A stretch of 64,000 nucleotides of DNA, from the NCBI RefSeq assembly GCF_009834535.1, contig NC_045696.1:99264001-99328000 (forward strand), read 5' to 3'. The notes beneath the pieces were generated by a model. It saw only the letters and a list, made by a program, of their open reading frames with translations. It ran no database searches and was not told the origin of the DNA. Positions within the stretch are counted from its first letter, which is position 1. Every line of letters starts with the position of its first letter. Positions 23,901 to 36,760 of this stretch are shown piece after piece. This stretch comes from Camelus ferus (lineage: Eukaryota). The translations under genes and the position numbers were made by a program.

Positions 23901-24679
23901 TCTTTAAAACAACTTTTTTTTTTTTTAATATATAACGCAACTATGAAATAAAAGTAGAAGCTACCAAAAGCAGTTTATTCATACTGGCTACAGTGATACG
24001 TACACTGGACACACTGTATTTTGGAAATGGCGCTGAGAGCCCAGAACATGCTGTGCCAACCTGTATTAAAATGCTCTGCTGCAAAACTGAGGGTGTAGCC
24101 AGTTTAACCGCGTTCCTGGGAGCAGGGAGCTTTCACCAGTTGCCTGTTCGTTTTTCAGATGGAGAGTTCACCACCTTTTTCAGTCATGATGAAACTGATG
24201 GGTTAAACCCTGTGTAAGGTCTCTGAAAGAGCACTTGGGCCCTTTTAATTCTCAAAAAGCAAATATCCTTTTAATTTCTATAGTGTTGAGAGTTAAAAAA
24301 TACACAAAAATTTCAGGTTTGAAATTATTCTGATCAGCTCTGTATATATGCACGTATATACACATAGACATGAATCTCTCTGTGTACTCGTATATGTATG
24401 TATGTCAGAAGAATGCTTTTCCACCCTCAGAGAGAGTCACAGAAAATTAGACACTTTTATTGCTTTATTTTATTATATTGAAAAGACCTTTTAGAGAACT
24501 TTTATAAAATTGCCTGAAAGAATTTGAAGAGATCCATCTACATTTAGCAATATAGTAGGGAAAAGAGAAGCATCAAAGCTGGTCGAAACAAAATATGAGA
24601 GTCTAAAGGACTTCTCATTATTTAGGCAACTTTTGGAATAGAATGGGATATGAGAGAGGCTTGTTTGGTGAAGATCCAA

Positions 24680-24800
24680 GTATCACTTACCGTGGATCCT
24701 TCCTTTTACAGATGAAGAAATTAAGGGTCATGGAAATGAACTGATTCTAATCAACCTAGTTAGCCTGGGACCTGATCTAGGTCTCCTGGTCTCTGTCCAG
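24680..24800 (-). mobile_element. MIR fragment
   Basis: ttttacagatgaagaaattaaggg MIR core. Confidence 0.6.
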
Positions 24801-27189
24801 CTTCTATTTATGGGAAGAGGCACATTAACGATGACTGTAATCTCTCTGAAAGGCAAATCTGTGCTTCTCACAAGTTTATTGTACCTACGTCTGCCTCAGA
24901 ACAAAAAGCTCTCAATCGAAACGGTGAAATTGAAATCCTGAGTGTGGACAGCATTTCTTAAGGAAAACAAGACTAAACTACTCACCAGAAACCTATTCTA
25001 TCCTAGAAACCTTGGACTAAAGGTGCATTAGGTATGACGTGGGAGGATGCTCTTTTTAGTGGACTCTTGCTTGGGAGAAAAGGACATCCTCGGTCAGTCC
25101 TTGGTCCATTGATGGCTGTGATTCCAAGGCTGAAGTAAATGACATGCCATAGACACATACATGAAAGGAGCTTTTAGAAACCATAAGAACCAAGATTAGT
25201 GCCAGAATATGTGAGTGGGTAGGGCTTGCACAGGACAGTATTCACAGCTGGTCGAAAACAGCACAGAATACATTATCCAAACGCTATACCCTTAATAGTA
25301 CATAACTTAAAATTTATATACTTTATTATTATTTTACTTTTCTGTATGTTATTTGGGAAGCAAAATGCACGTTAGTGGCCTAAGAAAACAGTGTTGCTTG
25401 CCTTGTATTTTAATTCATTCTGTAGTGACTGACTGAATAGTAAGTTTGCCTTATAAAACAACACATTGTTCCTATTCCTACTCTTTAAACTGAAAAAGGT
25501 TAGTGCCCCCCCCCAATTAAATCATTTCTGCAGGGAAATTTTGGGGAAACAATATTTGATCAATTAATGGTTACATGAAAGGTTTTCCTTATTACAAGAT
25601 TTATAATAACTTTGTGAAAAGATTTTATTATCTGAAATAAGCAAATGCTGATAATTTTGATGCTTTGGCAGCCTAGTGTTTTCATGAACAGACAAAAAAA
25701 TATCTGGAGTATATAGTTTGAGTTGGGAAAATGCTGTTTCTTCCTGTCTACATTTGTCAATATCTGCCTTATTTAATTTAAATTTGTTGCTGCACTCTGG
25801 GCTGGAAATTGGGGAAGATAATTGCTATGCTGCCCACCCCCGCACCCTGCCCCGTGAAATGTCCTATTAGTTTGAGAATTAGCCTGGTCTTCTTAATACT
25901 TAACTAGAATGGAGATATTTACATCAATACCTGTATTGGGGACTTATGTGATCTTTCAATGATTGAGGATTTCACTTACCCTGCTTGGGTGTTCCTGGGT
26001 TACCAGCTTGCATCATCCTTTTTTTTTTTCCAATGTGGTTCTATCCTAGTGTAAGATCTTCCTAACTGAAGGTATATTGGTGCCACAATCTAGTTGTTGC
26101 TGAAACCTCTTTTCCAAGGTATTTTTTTTTTGTTATCAGGAAAGATATCCTTATTGCTGTTGGCATATTTTAATTGGGGTTCTTTTTCCTTTTTGCTGAG
26201 CAGCACAGAATTAAGTCACATAATCAGTGGAAGATACCAGTACTACAGGATACTGCCAGAGAGGCAGTATTTGGAATTTTTCACTCAGCGGAAAGATTGA
26301 CTTGATTTTATTTGGATGTGGAGATGAAACATCCGAATACAGGAAGGGATTATTTCAAGTCTGTGATGACCAGTGACTCCTCCCACACAATGTTACAGTT
26401 TAGATAACATTTAGAAAATGTGGATAGTTGTAGAGTGAATTGGATTATAAGTTATTGAAACTGTTGCGAAACCAGAGATTTTTTTATGCATGTGAAAAAG
26501 ATGAACTAGTGAACACTTGACTCGATTGCAAATTAGAAGAAACATGATTAAAAATTAAACACCATTCCTGTAAAAGTATATGAATAGTGATGAAAATTGA
26601 AGAGTGAATAACAAGAAGGCTGAACTTAGTATTGCTATTCTGCTTAATATTAACATTAATGTTCCATCTTTTGATGAAAGTAAGGGAAGTAGGTAGTATC
26701 TTCTTTAGAGAAAACACAACACTCTTTCTTTGTGAGCGCTTCCGAGGCAAGGTGGTGGTCAGATGGGGGCATTTGCTTTGCCTCGTGGTTTCACAGAGTA
26801 TGTTGCTGAACCTCCCGTTGTCAATAACTGCACTTGCTCCTGGAGCAGGTGTGTGATAATGGGGGCAACAGCAACATGAGTGACAGAATGACTTCAAAAT
26901 AAGGCGATTAAAAAAAAAAGGCATAGTCATTTCTTACAAGTGTGTTGAAGATTGAATTTTTTTAATCATTTGTTGCAGATTTGATACAAACTCTATGACG
27001 GGAGCTTTATGTGGAATGAAGCGGAGAGATGAAGGATAATTAATTCATGCATTCAGATTAGATGGTTTTCTGAGTTCTGAGATGGCCCTTGTTTTTCCTC
27101 AAGAGTAGATCCTAGGATCCAAAATATCTTTTTAATTTTTAATTTATAGCACAAACCAATATTTAAGTGTTGAGAGTGCCGAGATTTAA

Positions 27190-27700
27190 ATATAAGTCCT
27201 TCCATCAAGTTTCTGAGTTTGTCTTTCTTTGACCTCTCTGCCTTGACAGTTTCTTTCTGTAGCTTCCAGAGTTGCATGTCCCTCTAGCCTCAGACTCCAT
27301 CTTGACTTCCTGAGCCCCATTTCCAGTTTCCCAGCAGAAACGTAGATTCCTAAATGCATGGCTTGTCAAACTGGACAGGTCCAAAATGGACCTGAAGATT
27401 TCCATCTCTCCTCTTCCTCTTCTTTTTGAAATCTGTTTCATGTTTCCTTTAATAAGGTCAGTAACGTTCAGTCTTTCAGGTTCAAAGCCAAGGGGTTTTC
27501 CTTTCACTTCATCATCCCCTTAGGCCCATCTCCAATTTGTCTTTAAATCCTCCAATTCCAGCTTGTCCCAATTTTTCACTCCTTTTACTCTTTTGTTTCT
27601 TATCACCTGAATAATTTTAATGGGTTTCTCTGCCTAACTTTCTACCTTCCACATCATCTTTGATATTGAGGCAGATTATCTGAAGAGCTGTCATCCATTC
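27190..27700 (+). mobile_element. L2 fragment
   Basis: tcaaactggacaggtccaaaatggacct and pyrimidine-rich L2 body similarity. Confidence 0.5.
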
Positions 27701-27704
27701 AAGA

Positions 27705-27795
27705 TCAACCAGATATTGGGCACTTTACATAAAATAGCCCATTTAATTCTCACAGGTACCTCATTCAAGAGGTGTCATCATCATTTTCCTCAGAA
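27705..27795 (-). mobile_element. MIR fragment
   Basis: gcactttacataaaatagccccatttaattctcaca. Confidence 0.55.
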
Positions 27796-27802
27796 CATGC
27801 AA

Positions 27803-27932
27803 GAGCATGACCATATAATTTCTCATTCAGAGACACTTTGGAGCACGAAAGGGAGTACTGTGAATAATTAAGCCCAGACAACTGGTGTATAAGGGAAATT
27901 CCCCAGACAAACCAGGACATGAGGTTATCTAC
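27803..27932 (+). mobile_element. MER94-like hAT-Blackjack MITE
   Basis: tgaccatataattt...gacactttggagcacgaaaggg...aataatta...caaaccaggacatgaggttatcta matches the recalled MER94 consensus. Confidence 0.75.
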
Positions 27933-27979
27933 TCAGTATGTATTTGACTCAACCAGGATTCCACCCCATGTCTGTCTGG

Positions 27980-28180
27980 AGAGATGCTGTAGGCATCTTG
28001 TGACCATGAAGGGAAGAGCTGATTAGCTGAGGATGATAGAAAGGCAAGAAAAAACTTGGTCCTTCAGTGACTGTCTTGATCCATCCATCTCCCATCTTCA
28101 TCTTAGGTAGGAAATAAATATCCTCATTTAGTCATTTTATTCGGGATTCTGTTATTTGAGGGTGAATATACTTTGATACC
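27980..28180 (+). mobile_element. MLT1-type (ERVL-MaLR) LTR fragment
   Basis: catcttgtgaccatgaagggaa...gaggatg...gaaaaaacttggtccttcagtgac...aaataaat...ttctgttattt...tgatac. Confidence 0.65.
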
Positions 28181-29006
28181 AGAAAAGACAGTAAATTGTA
28201 TAATCAATGGCAATAATGTGTGATGTCTGCTAGAATGAGGGGAGGACAGGACACTTTGGGAAATCATTTAGGACCATCTGATCTCATTCTGCGCTTGTTT
28301 GTATGTGTGCTGGGGAGAGGTGGAGGAGGACAGATTCCTAGAGGAAGTAACGTACAATGGAAACTTGGGTGTTGGATTGATTTTGTTTGCCTAGATTATT
28401 GTGCTGGGAAATAGTAAGCGTTCTCTCCCAAGAAATTTGTCCTCAGTAATTTACAAGTGCTGTGTTTTGCAATTTTGATAGGCATGTATCATCAGATGGA
28501 GTTGTCAGTGTCAAAGTGAGGTAGGGATTTAACGTACAAAGCATACCTGAAACTTTTGTTTTTGTTTGATTTATGTTTTCAGTTTCAATAGTCTGTCTCA
28601 ATTTTCTTCAGAGCTCAATGGCATGAAGTGTTATAATGCTAATTATTATTAATTTTTGCCTTTGTTTTTCCTTTGTAAAATCTCCAGCTTTCTTTGGGTA
28701 ATTTTTGTTGTTGTCGAGCTGGCGTTAACAAAAAAAAAAAAAAAAAAAATAGGAGACCTCTACATTCACGAGTGATTTGTTAAAAAGATGAAATGTATTG
28801 AGTGGTTCAAAATTATACAAACAATGCCAATTGTAGGAAGACAACCTGTTCCATAGTCAATCCTCAGAGATTTTAAACACAATTTCTTCCCAGCCTTAAT
28901 TGCCTCAGGATGAGGCAATCCTGTGTATCTGTTCAGAACCATTAATAACCTACTTCACCTGATTGCAGCAAGAGGTTTTTTTTTGTTTTTTTTTTTTTTC
29001 CTTCAG

Positions 29007-29018
29007 ATTTGTCAGATG
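29007..29018 (+). other. Candidate 12-nt microexon ATTTGTCAGATG
   Basis: ~29-nt pyrimidine tract ending ccttcAG, then 12 nt, then consensus ATG|GTAAGT. Confidence 0.5.
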
Positions 29019-29359
29019 GTAAGTGTAAGGACTTTATGCTCTGATAAACAACAAAATTGACCAAATTTAGCAGTAGGTCTCAGCAAAAGGCAATTTTTTT
29101 CTTTCATCTTCGATCTAATTTGACAACTAATGGTTTTTTAAAAATTTAAACCTGGATGACTTCTCCAGCACACTTGCTAGATTTTGATTAGATCAAGTCC
29201 AGTCAGCTTCTGCTTTGTTTCTGGGAATTGTTCTCTGGGTGTGCTTCCTCCCATCTTGGTGTGATTCGATACAGATTGACAGACTGCCATCTCTTTGTCT
29301 TAGCACAAAGGTGTCCTGCTCATGTATTTTATTTCTTTATTTCTAGCATTCACCATTTG

Positions 29360-29460
29360 ATTTTTGTGACTTTCAGCAAGTCACTTAATCTCTCTGTGCT
29401 CGGATGTATTATGATTTGTGAAATGATACTGAAGAAGCTAATGAGATAATGTTTTAATTT
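29360..29460 (+). mobile_element. MIR fragment
   Basis: tgtgactttcagcaagtcacttaatctctctgtgctc. Confidence 0.6.
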
Positions 29461-30264
29461 TCTGAGCAAATTGCTTTACAAAATCATCCGGTCTGCAAAA
29501 AAGCTGGAATTAGCAGCCCTAGACCAACCCTACTGATTTTGCTTCCCGACTGTTTCTAGAGGCTGGAGGGCTCATTCCTGTAGATCTCTCAGCCCCAGCT
29601 TTGTATGCAGATGATGTTCCTTTTCAAACAATCTTAAGAACAACTTTAAAGGGAAAAAGCAAGTACAGAATAATAACCTTAAGTGGCTTTTGTATGGAAA
29701 AAACCCATGTGCTCTGAGATGAGGGTGTGGGAGTGTGGGGATGAGGTTTGTGAGCTGATGAGATGCCCACGAGGGCATTTCTTGCTTTGTACCTTGTTTT
29801 AGAGCCACACAGCTACACGTTCCCCCACTGCTGTGTCCTTGGAGACTTAAGAACTGGGCCTCCACTTCTCTTTGCAGAGACCAGGCTTTCGATATTTAAT
29901 TTAAACCATAGAATCATAAAGATCTGGTCTTTGTCGCCAACCATCCCTTGTTAAGCATCAAAATGAAAGCAAAAGCACAGTTCGACTGCACAACATAGAA
30001 AAGTGGAAATGTGCCGAGGGAGAATAAGGTAGCCCCTACGATGTGATGGTTCAGGAGAAAAGAAGAATTTAGATGTTACAAAAAAGAACCTTAAGTGGTT
30101 TGCAGGAGACTCCGAAGCTAATACTAAAATTCCACTTTAACGATATAGAAAAGATGGGAAAGTTACTGGAAAATCACTGAGACTTTCTTTCAAGAGCAAA
30201 AATGTGTATAGGAAAAGGCCCAACTTGTCTAATTCAATATGACTTCATTGTTTGCAAGGCTCAT

Positions 30265-30470
30265 TGTGATCTAGTCCTGCTCTGACACTTGCTGACTTGT
30301 GACCAAGTGCAGGTTATAAGCCCCTCCTTGTGCCTCAGCTTTTCTCATAAGTAAAATAGGGAAAATAATAGTACCTATCTCCAAAAGACGTTGTAAGGAT
30401 GAGATGAGATTACCCCTGAAGTGTCCTTTAAAAGGAGTGTAATAGTCAGCACTCATTCAAGGTTAGCCGC
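30265..30470 (+). mobile_element. MIR
   Basis: tgtgcctcagcttttctcataagtaaaatagggaaaataatagtacctatctc...gttgtaaggatgagatgaga. Confidence 0.8.
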
Positions 30471-30521
30471 TGTTATTATTAAGACTTTAATGACTCCTAC
30501 TCTTATCATCACCATCGTTGA

Positions 30522-30745
30522 CAGATGGTTTGAAAGCATGGACTTTGGAACCAGATTGCCTGACTTCAAATCTTGGCTTCGTCTCTTGCTACCTGTGGGT
30601 CTTTGTTCAAGTTACTTAAGTCTCCAGGTTTCTGTGTCTTCATCTGTAAAATGGTAAGAATATGACTTCATTTCTAGAGTTATTATAAATATTAGATGAA
30701 TTAATGTATATCAAGGGTTTACAACTGCGCTTGGCTCACAGAACT
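30522..30745 (+). mobile_element. MIR
   Basis: agcatggactttggaaccagattgcctgacttcaaatcttggct...caagttacttaa...cttcatctgtaaaatgg. Confidence 0.85.
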
Positions 30746-30769
30746 TTGCCAGTTTGATGATGATTGTTT

Positions 30770-30960
30770 TTCTGACCTTTTCCTATCCCATTCTGCCCTT
30801 CAGCTCATACTAACTTAAGTTCTGTTTCTCATCTGCACTTAACGCTTCAGGTCTCTGGCCCCTGAGGTCACCTCTTCAGCCGGGACTTCCCTGACCGCCC
30901 TGTCTGTTTTGCTCCCACCCTCAGGTATTCCCCATGTTAGTTTCTGTCTCATTTTGCCCC
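30770..30960 (+). mobile_element. L2 fragment
   Basis: cttcaggtctctggcccctgaggtcacctcttcagccgggacttccctgaccgccc. Confidence 0.55.
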
Positions 30961-31086
30961 AGCGATTTCTATCTGACAGGTCTGAAGAACAGTAAGGACC
31001 ACTTTCTGTCCTCAAAGACAAAGACAAAGCATAGGGGCAATCATATGTCGTCCATGCCGGTGACTCAGTAGTGTTGGGTCCAATCT

Positions 31087-31214
31087 TGGTGACTATATAA
31101 TCTGTGTCAAAACAAAGAGACTTTGAGAATCAAAGGGTCACCTGTTAATAATCATGTCAAGATGGCAAGCAGAAACTGGGATCATCCAGGATAAACCGTA
31201 TCTATGAACTAACC
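31087..31214 (+). mobile_element. MER94-like MITE
   Basis: ggtgactatataat...gactttgagaatcaaaggg...tgttaataatcatg...gataaaccg. Confidence 0.65.
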
Positions 31215-31244
31215 GTGTTAGAATTGCAGGTAGAGATGGACAGA

Positions 31245-31382
31245 TAAAATGAAGATTCCTGGGTCTCACCCCAGTTCCACAGCATCAGGTTCTTTGGTAA
31301 AGGGACCCCAGCGTCTATATTTTAGGAAGTGTCCTGGGTGATTCTGAAATCTACCAAACATGCCAGAGGTTGAGAACCACTG
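31245..31382. mobile_element. MER5-like hAT-Charlie fragment
   Basis: agattcctgggtctcacccc...ggtgattctga...gttgagaaccactg terminal inverted repeat. Confidence 0.75.
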
Positions 31383-34300
31383 GGGCTGAGGATTAGAACA
31401 TCCTCCTTCAGGGGCTTTGTCCTCCACCCAGGAGGCCTCCCTAAAGGTGTTAAATACTTATTAACACTGTTGTGTGGGAGCCGCAGTGGCGGGACTGCTG
31501 TGTGGGAGCCAGGCGCTCATTAGCACTTGTATAGGAACCTCTGCCTGTTCTTGAGAGTTAATTTCTTGGCAAACAATGAGAGTCTTCATGAAGCACTTCT
31601 TGCAGAGTGAGGACAAATTTGGGGTAATGTAGTGCAAATTGTAGGAAGTGAGTACATTAGCACGAAAGAGATTTAATAAGTCTGGAAAAGAGATTTAGTA
31701 TGTCTGCCAAATGATGTGAATTTTGAGGAAAAAGGTGAATTATGGTAACATAAATAAAGACTAATCACTTATAACTGAACCTCTTCTTTTTAAAACATAG
31801 AAAGTTTATTGAGAGAATATGTTGGAGTTTGTAGATCAGACTAACAGCTGTGAGATATGAAATGTTTTGTGGATTTTTGCCACGTGTATCTTTGTCTTAG
31901 TGGCACAGTATTTTCTGATTATGGGTAATAGTGGTAAAGTAAACAAAGCCTTTGCCATCCTCTGACTTTTTGTTTTTCACTTCTGTTGTGAATTCTTGTC
32001 CATTTCATCTCCCTACAGTGGGGTGAAGCACTAGTGATTGCCCTTTGGGATTTGTCTCATGCCATTACTAACCTTATCTCTTCTCCATCCTTTTCTAACC
32101 TCTTCAGACTGATCTGTCTTTTGAGCATCCCTGATGCAGAAAGATAATGAATGTATACCTTCATCAACTTAAAGTCCTACAGGCAAACATGTAGGCTTGG
32201 TTTTTAACCAACAGCTAGTCTTCATTTAAACTCGAATCTCTGTTAAAATGGAGATTTAGCAAAAATCATTCTATCATAGAGATGTCATTTTGTATCAAGA
32301 GATATATAAGAGATATTGAGATGTCCCTTACATACCTTGGTTTACTATTATTTCCCATGAAGTAAAAAAGAAATAGATGGAGAAAGTGCTCCTCTGAGGT
32401 CTTCATTCAAAATAATATGAAAGATAAGAATTCATCCATAGATGTGTTCAAGTCTGAAAGTTTGCCATCCTCTCATTGATCGCTTTTGGTTTGTATTTTA
32501 TTTCTGACTATGTAAACCTAACTGTGGGATTTGGCAACAACTTCAAGGATCAGAATTTTAACAACAGAGGTAAGAGGTAGTAGCACGATTATTTCCAATG
32601 CCAGGAATGAGAATGCTGTGTATAGAGTTCACGGAAATGGTTCACATCATTGTTTATAGATCAGGCTTGCAATAATAATAGTAGTAGTAGTAATGAAATT
32701 GGAAACTGGGTGTATGTGACTTTAAAAGTTTTTGGCTTGTGGCCAGCTTTCCACCAGTAGGCTGACTACCTCGGTAGCGATTGGCAACTTCTTTCCCAGG
32801 TTTTTCAGTTGATGCCGTTTCAAACAGCAGGGGGGTGACCTCTCTGTATTCAGAACACCTAACAATCCCTGTTCAAAATAGATCCCTGCCTACTTAAGCT
32901 TGCCTGGAAAGACCTTTTCTCTGAAATTTCCTCTAGAGACATGGAGCTATCTTAATCATTTCTAACGTTAGCTGAGTATATAAAATACTACATATTACAG
33001 TATCCAGCCATTTCAGGGCCTCCCCCGCCCCAATAAATAAGCATCAGTGTGCTAAGATTATCCATTACATCATGGCATTTGTCAAAAACAAACTTTAAAT
33101 AGAAAATAAACTGTTTTTCCGTGAAACATTAGCCTCCTGACAGTGGGCATCTTTCCTTTGGGAATCAATACCTTCAATCCGATAATATCTGCAGTCTCTA
33201 GAGCCAAGCTGGTGTTGAGATGCTGGTTCTATCTGAGAAAAGTTGCTTTTATTTTGTAACATGGGTCTCTCGCCCTCTCTCCTCGCCACCTTTCAATTTG
33301 CTCAAATAGACTGGGATTGTCTTCCAGTTTTAGTTTTGGGGCTGTGATCTGTGTATGCTGAAAGTGTAACTTTTGCCATAATTTAAAGAGCACACCTGAG
33401 GCTGCTGTTGGCTCCTGGGCAGAAAAATACAATGTTAGTAAAAGCAGACTGAACACCATCTTCTTTTGTAATCCTTGTGGCTCTCTTTGAAAATATTTCT
33501 TTGCATAGGTTTTTTTCCTTGGATATGACATAGAGTTTAATTTTTAGTATGATTTGAAAATTATGTGTAAGCCAGTAATTTTTCATTTGTGGTATAAGTT
33601 TCCATGAACTGTTCAACAATAATAGGGTGTTAAAATTTAGCATTTTGTCTTAGTTCTAGATTTGATAATTACAAATCACCTTGCACAAAATTTCTCTCTT
33701 ATTCATGATAATAATTTCTCCCATCAACCCACTTGCCCTCAAAAAAATAGGCAGAAGTCATTTAAAAGAATAATGGTTTGAATTTCAAGGCTGTGTAAAA
33801 ATCACCAGACATGACAGCTAATATTTTTATAGTTAAACATATGAAAGGAGTATTTTATTTGCTTGATACACGTAGTGATGATTTTGCTATTCAAATGGTG
33901 CATATATGTCAAGTGGTGACTGGGTTTAATTCCTAAAAGATTTTTCATTTTTCTTCTGAACTTACCAGGGCAACACCAAAATAAAAACCACAAAAATAAC
34001 TTTTATCCATCCCATTCCTGGTTGGCTGTTTATACACTGAAAGCAGTATAATAACAGAGTAGAATAATGAAAAGAACAGGAATTTAAGATTTACTTCAGA
34101 AGAGTTCTGCATTCTCCAAGTCTTCTATTGAAAATAAATTTCTCTAAATAGGAAAAATCATGACATTTTGGTTTTTGCATTTAAAAATATATTTTGACTC
34201 ATTTTTCTTAGAACTTAAAAACATAGAGTCTTTGAAATAATTTACTTTCCACTAATGTCTGTACAGTTGCTATATTTACACTGATTTGCCCTGGTCAACC

Positions 34301-36564
34301 AAAAAAGAATTTCCGAGTCATGAATCATAGTCATCGAATTATTCAAACTTTCCTAAACACAGTTGAAAAGCAATTTTGAAAATAATGGAATATATGTTGT
34401 TTACTCTGGGTAGAGTGCTAGAAATAATGAGTCTCAGAAAATAATATCAACACATTAGATATTCAGGAGAATGGAGATGCAATGCTAGGAAGAGTATAAC
34501 GCAAAAAACCACCACCACAAGGATGCAGAGGATAATGAAGAACAATTTAGACAAAGGACATTAGCTATAATGTTTATTATGGCAAAAACATGACAAAACT
34601 ATGACTTTTGGCCTTTTGTTGGAAGGAAGTGAGAGGCAACTAAAATATTGAGAATATATGTAATTGAAAGAAATAAAAATTCCTTCATGAAAATTGGAAA
34701 GATGAGTACAGAGCTACAGGCATCAACTAAAAAGAGATAATGAGGACTGCATGGGAGTGGAATTTACAAATGCAAATATAATGGATTTTAAAGAGATGAT
34801 ACTTTCTGTTTGTATTAATTTCTATCAGTTAGCTTTTTCTAAAATAGAAGGCTTTCTATTACAGGAAAGAGACTTTATATTGTCATATCTTATGCTAATT
34901 GGATAGAATTCAAATAGATTTTCAAATTAGCAACTTCTGTTTAGGGCAAATGCTAAATACTTCTGTATGTACATTTGAACTGGAAAGAAAAGCGTGAATC
35001 CTTCTCCTATATATTTTTAGAGCTTTTAAAAAACAAAAATTATAAAACAAAAGGATAGGTTAAAAGAGTTTCAGAGGAGGAAGAGAGAGGGAAAGGCACA
35101 CATATTTTACTCTATGGGACCCCAGAGCATCACTCTGTTTTCTAATCTGTGGTGGAAAACTAGATTCTAATTGACACAGGTGAGCAGGGAGGGAGGTTGT
35201 TAGGCTGATGTGAACCACATCAAGAGGAGGGAGATGCTTAGGGGTGAGAAAAACAAAAAGGGCTGGACAAAGAAAAACCTGGAGAAGGAAAAAAAAAAAA
35301 AAAAGAATGAAGATGGGAAAAAGGAAAGTGCTCAAAAGAGTTTAAGCTCAAACAATAACCCTATCTCAGTATCACTCGTCTACTTCGTTGGAATCAGCTT
35401 GCTGACCCTGTTGTGCCTAAATCTTTTAGCACGTACCGGGTAGTCTGACAGCTGATGGAGAATGGACTGAGAGACTGAACCTGGTAATCTTCTTGCAGAG
35501 GCCACGGAGCACCAAGGTCATCTTGGCATTGTTTTGTCTCTTTCCCCATCAGCCTGCAACTGAGTCATGTTATCTCTGCACATGTGTCCAGTGTCCAGTG
35601 TCTTGTTAGGATCCAGCTGTATTTAGCTATTAGAACATGACAAACCCCTACTGAGGTCCTTAAACTTGTAATTAAACACGGATTGTCTAGAGAACACTCT
35701 AATAGCTCTGCGGAGAAACTCTTAACTCCATTTTCTAAAGATGAAATCAAACATGGCAATTGGTTACAGACTGCATCAGGACAGCACTGTCTCTGACCAC
35801 GTTTTTTCCCGTTTGTGCGTGGGGAGTGGGTAAATGTTTTCTGATGATGGCTAAGTCATTGCTTTCTACACTCTCCATCAGCTATTTTCAAATCCTTTCG
35901 GTTCCTTTGGTCCCCATCCACCTGTCTGTGATGTTTGAGGCTGGGTTTTGTAGCCTTGTGCTCCATTACATGAATGTTCAATGAGTGAGGCTTTGTTGTG
36001 CTCAGTACAAATCTTGGCAAGTCTGTTTGCCTCTCCTCTTCTCTGCTGGAGAATGGGTTCGTTCCCCTTGCAGAATGTTTTTCTCCTTCCCTTGTCACTC
36101 TGGGCTTCTTCCTGCTCTGCTGCTGTTGTCCATGCTGCTCCCAGCTTCTCCTGCCCCCACCCCATCTCAGGTGTCACACCGAGTCAGGCCCATCTTCCAG
36201 TGTTCATTTCTGCTTGGTGACCCATGGCGCATCTCCTCGTTTAGTATTTACCTGTAGTTGGAGAAGTGAGGCTCTGACTTCATGGAGGTGGTGAGGGGTT
36301 CCAAGCTCGATGAGCATTTCTGTTTAAGGAGGGTCCAGCTCAGGCAACTGGCTGACTAGGAGGTCAGCTGCCCCTCACTCTAATTTCACCGGCCATCTCT
36401 TTCTGACTTTCCCCCTTTCTTTGGTGGCAAGGTCTATCTCCCTTCCTTTGGAGGCTGAAACTAGAAAGTCTAGTTGCCCTTAGGGCCACTTAGAAAGTTA
36501 TGTCTGTTTCTCTGACCCAGGAAGACAAATAAGTACTGTCTCAATGGTGCCTTTGCCTTCGGAG

Positions 36565-36760
36565 TGTATGATCCAGGCTACAGTGCTTAACCTCTCTGTG
36601 CTTCAGATGTACAGGTGTGGTTGTAATATATACGTGATGATCCTGTAACATGTGGGGAATGGTTCCATCTATTGCACAAATCTGAGATGAGCTGTGTAAA
36701 GAGGAGTGAGGTTGATATGTGTATCCTATGCTCTCAGCGCTTGGCACACAGCAAGTATCA
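36565..36760 (+). mobile_element. Diverged MIR
   Basis: gcttaacctctctgtgcttcag ... cagcgcttggcacacagcaagta. Confidence 0.55.

Noticed and set aside
21900..27000. Isolated splice-like sites (acceptors near 21948, 24158 and 26978; donor at 22797)
   Set aside because: No well-paired strong acceptor and donor; such sites are frequent by chance in AT-rich DNA
35840..36500. Possible old LTR (LTR16/LTR33-like)
   Set aside because: Resemblance too weak to set a family or boundaries
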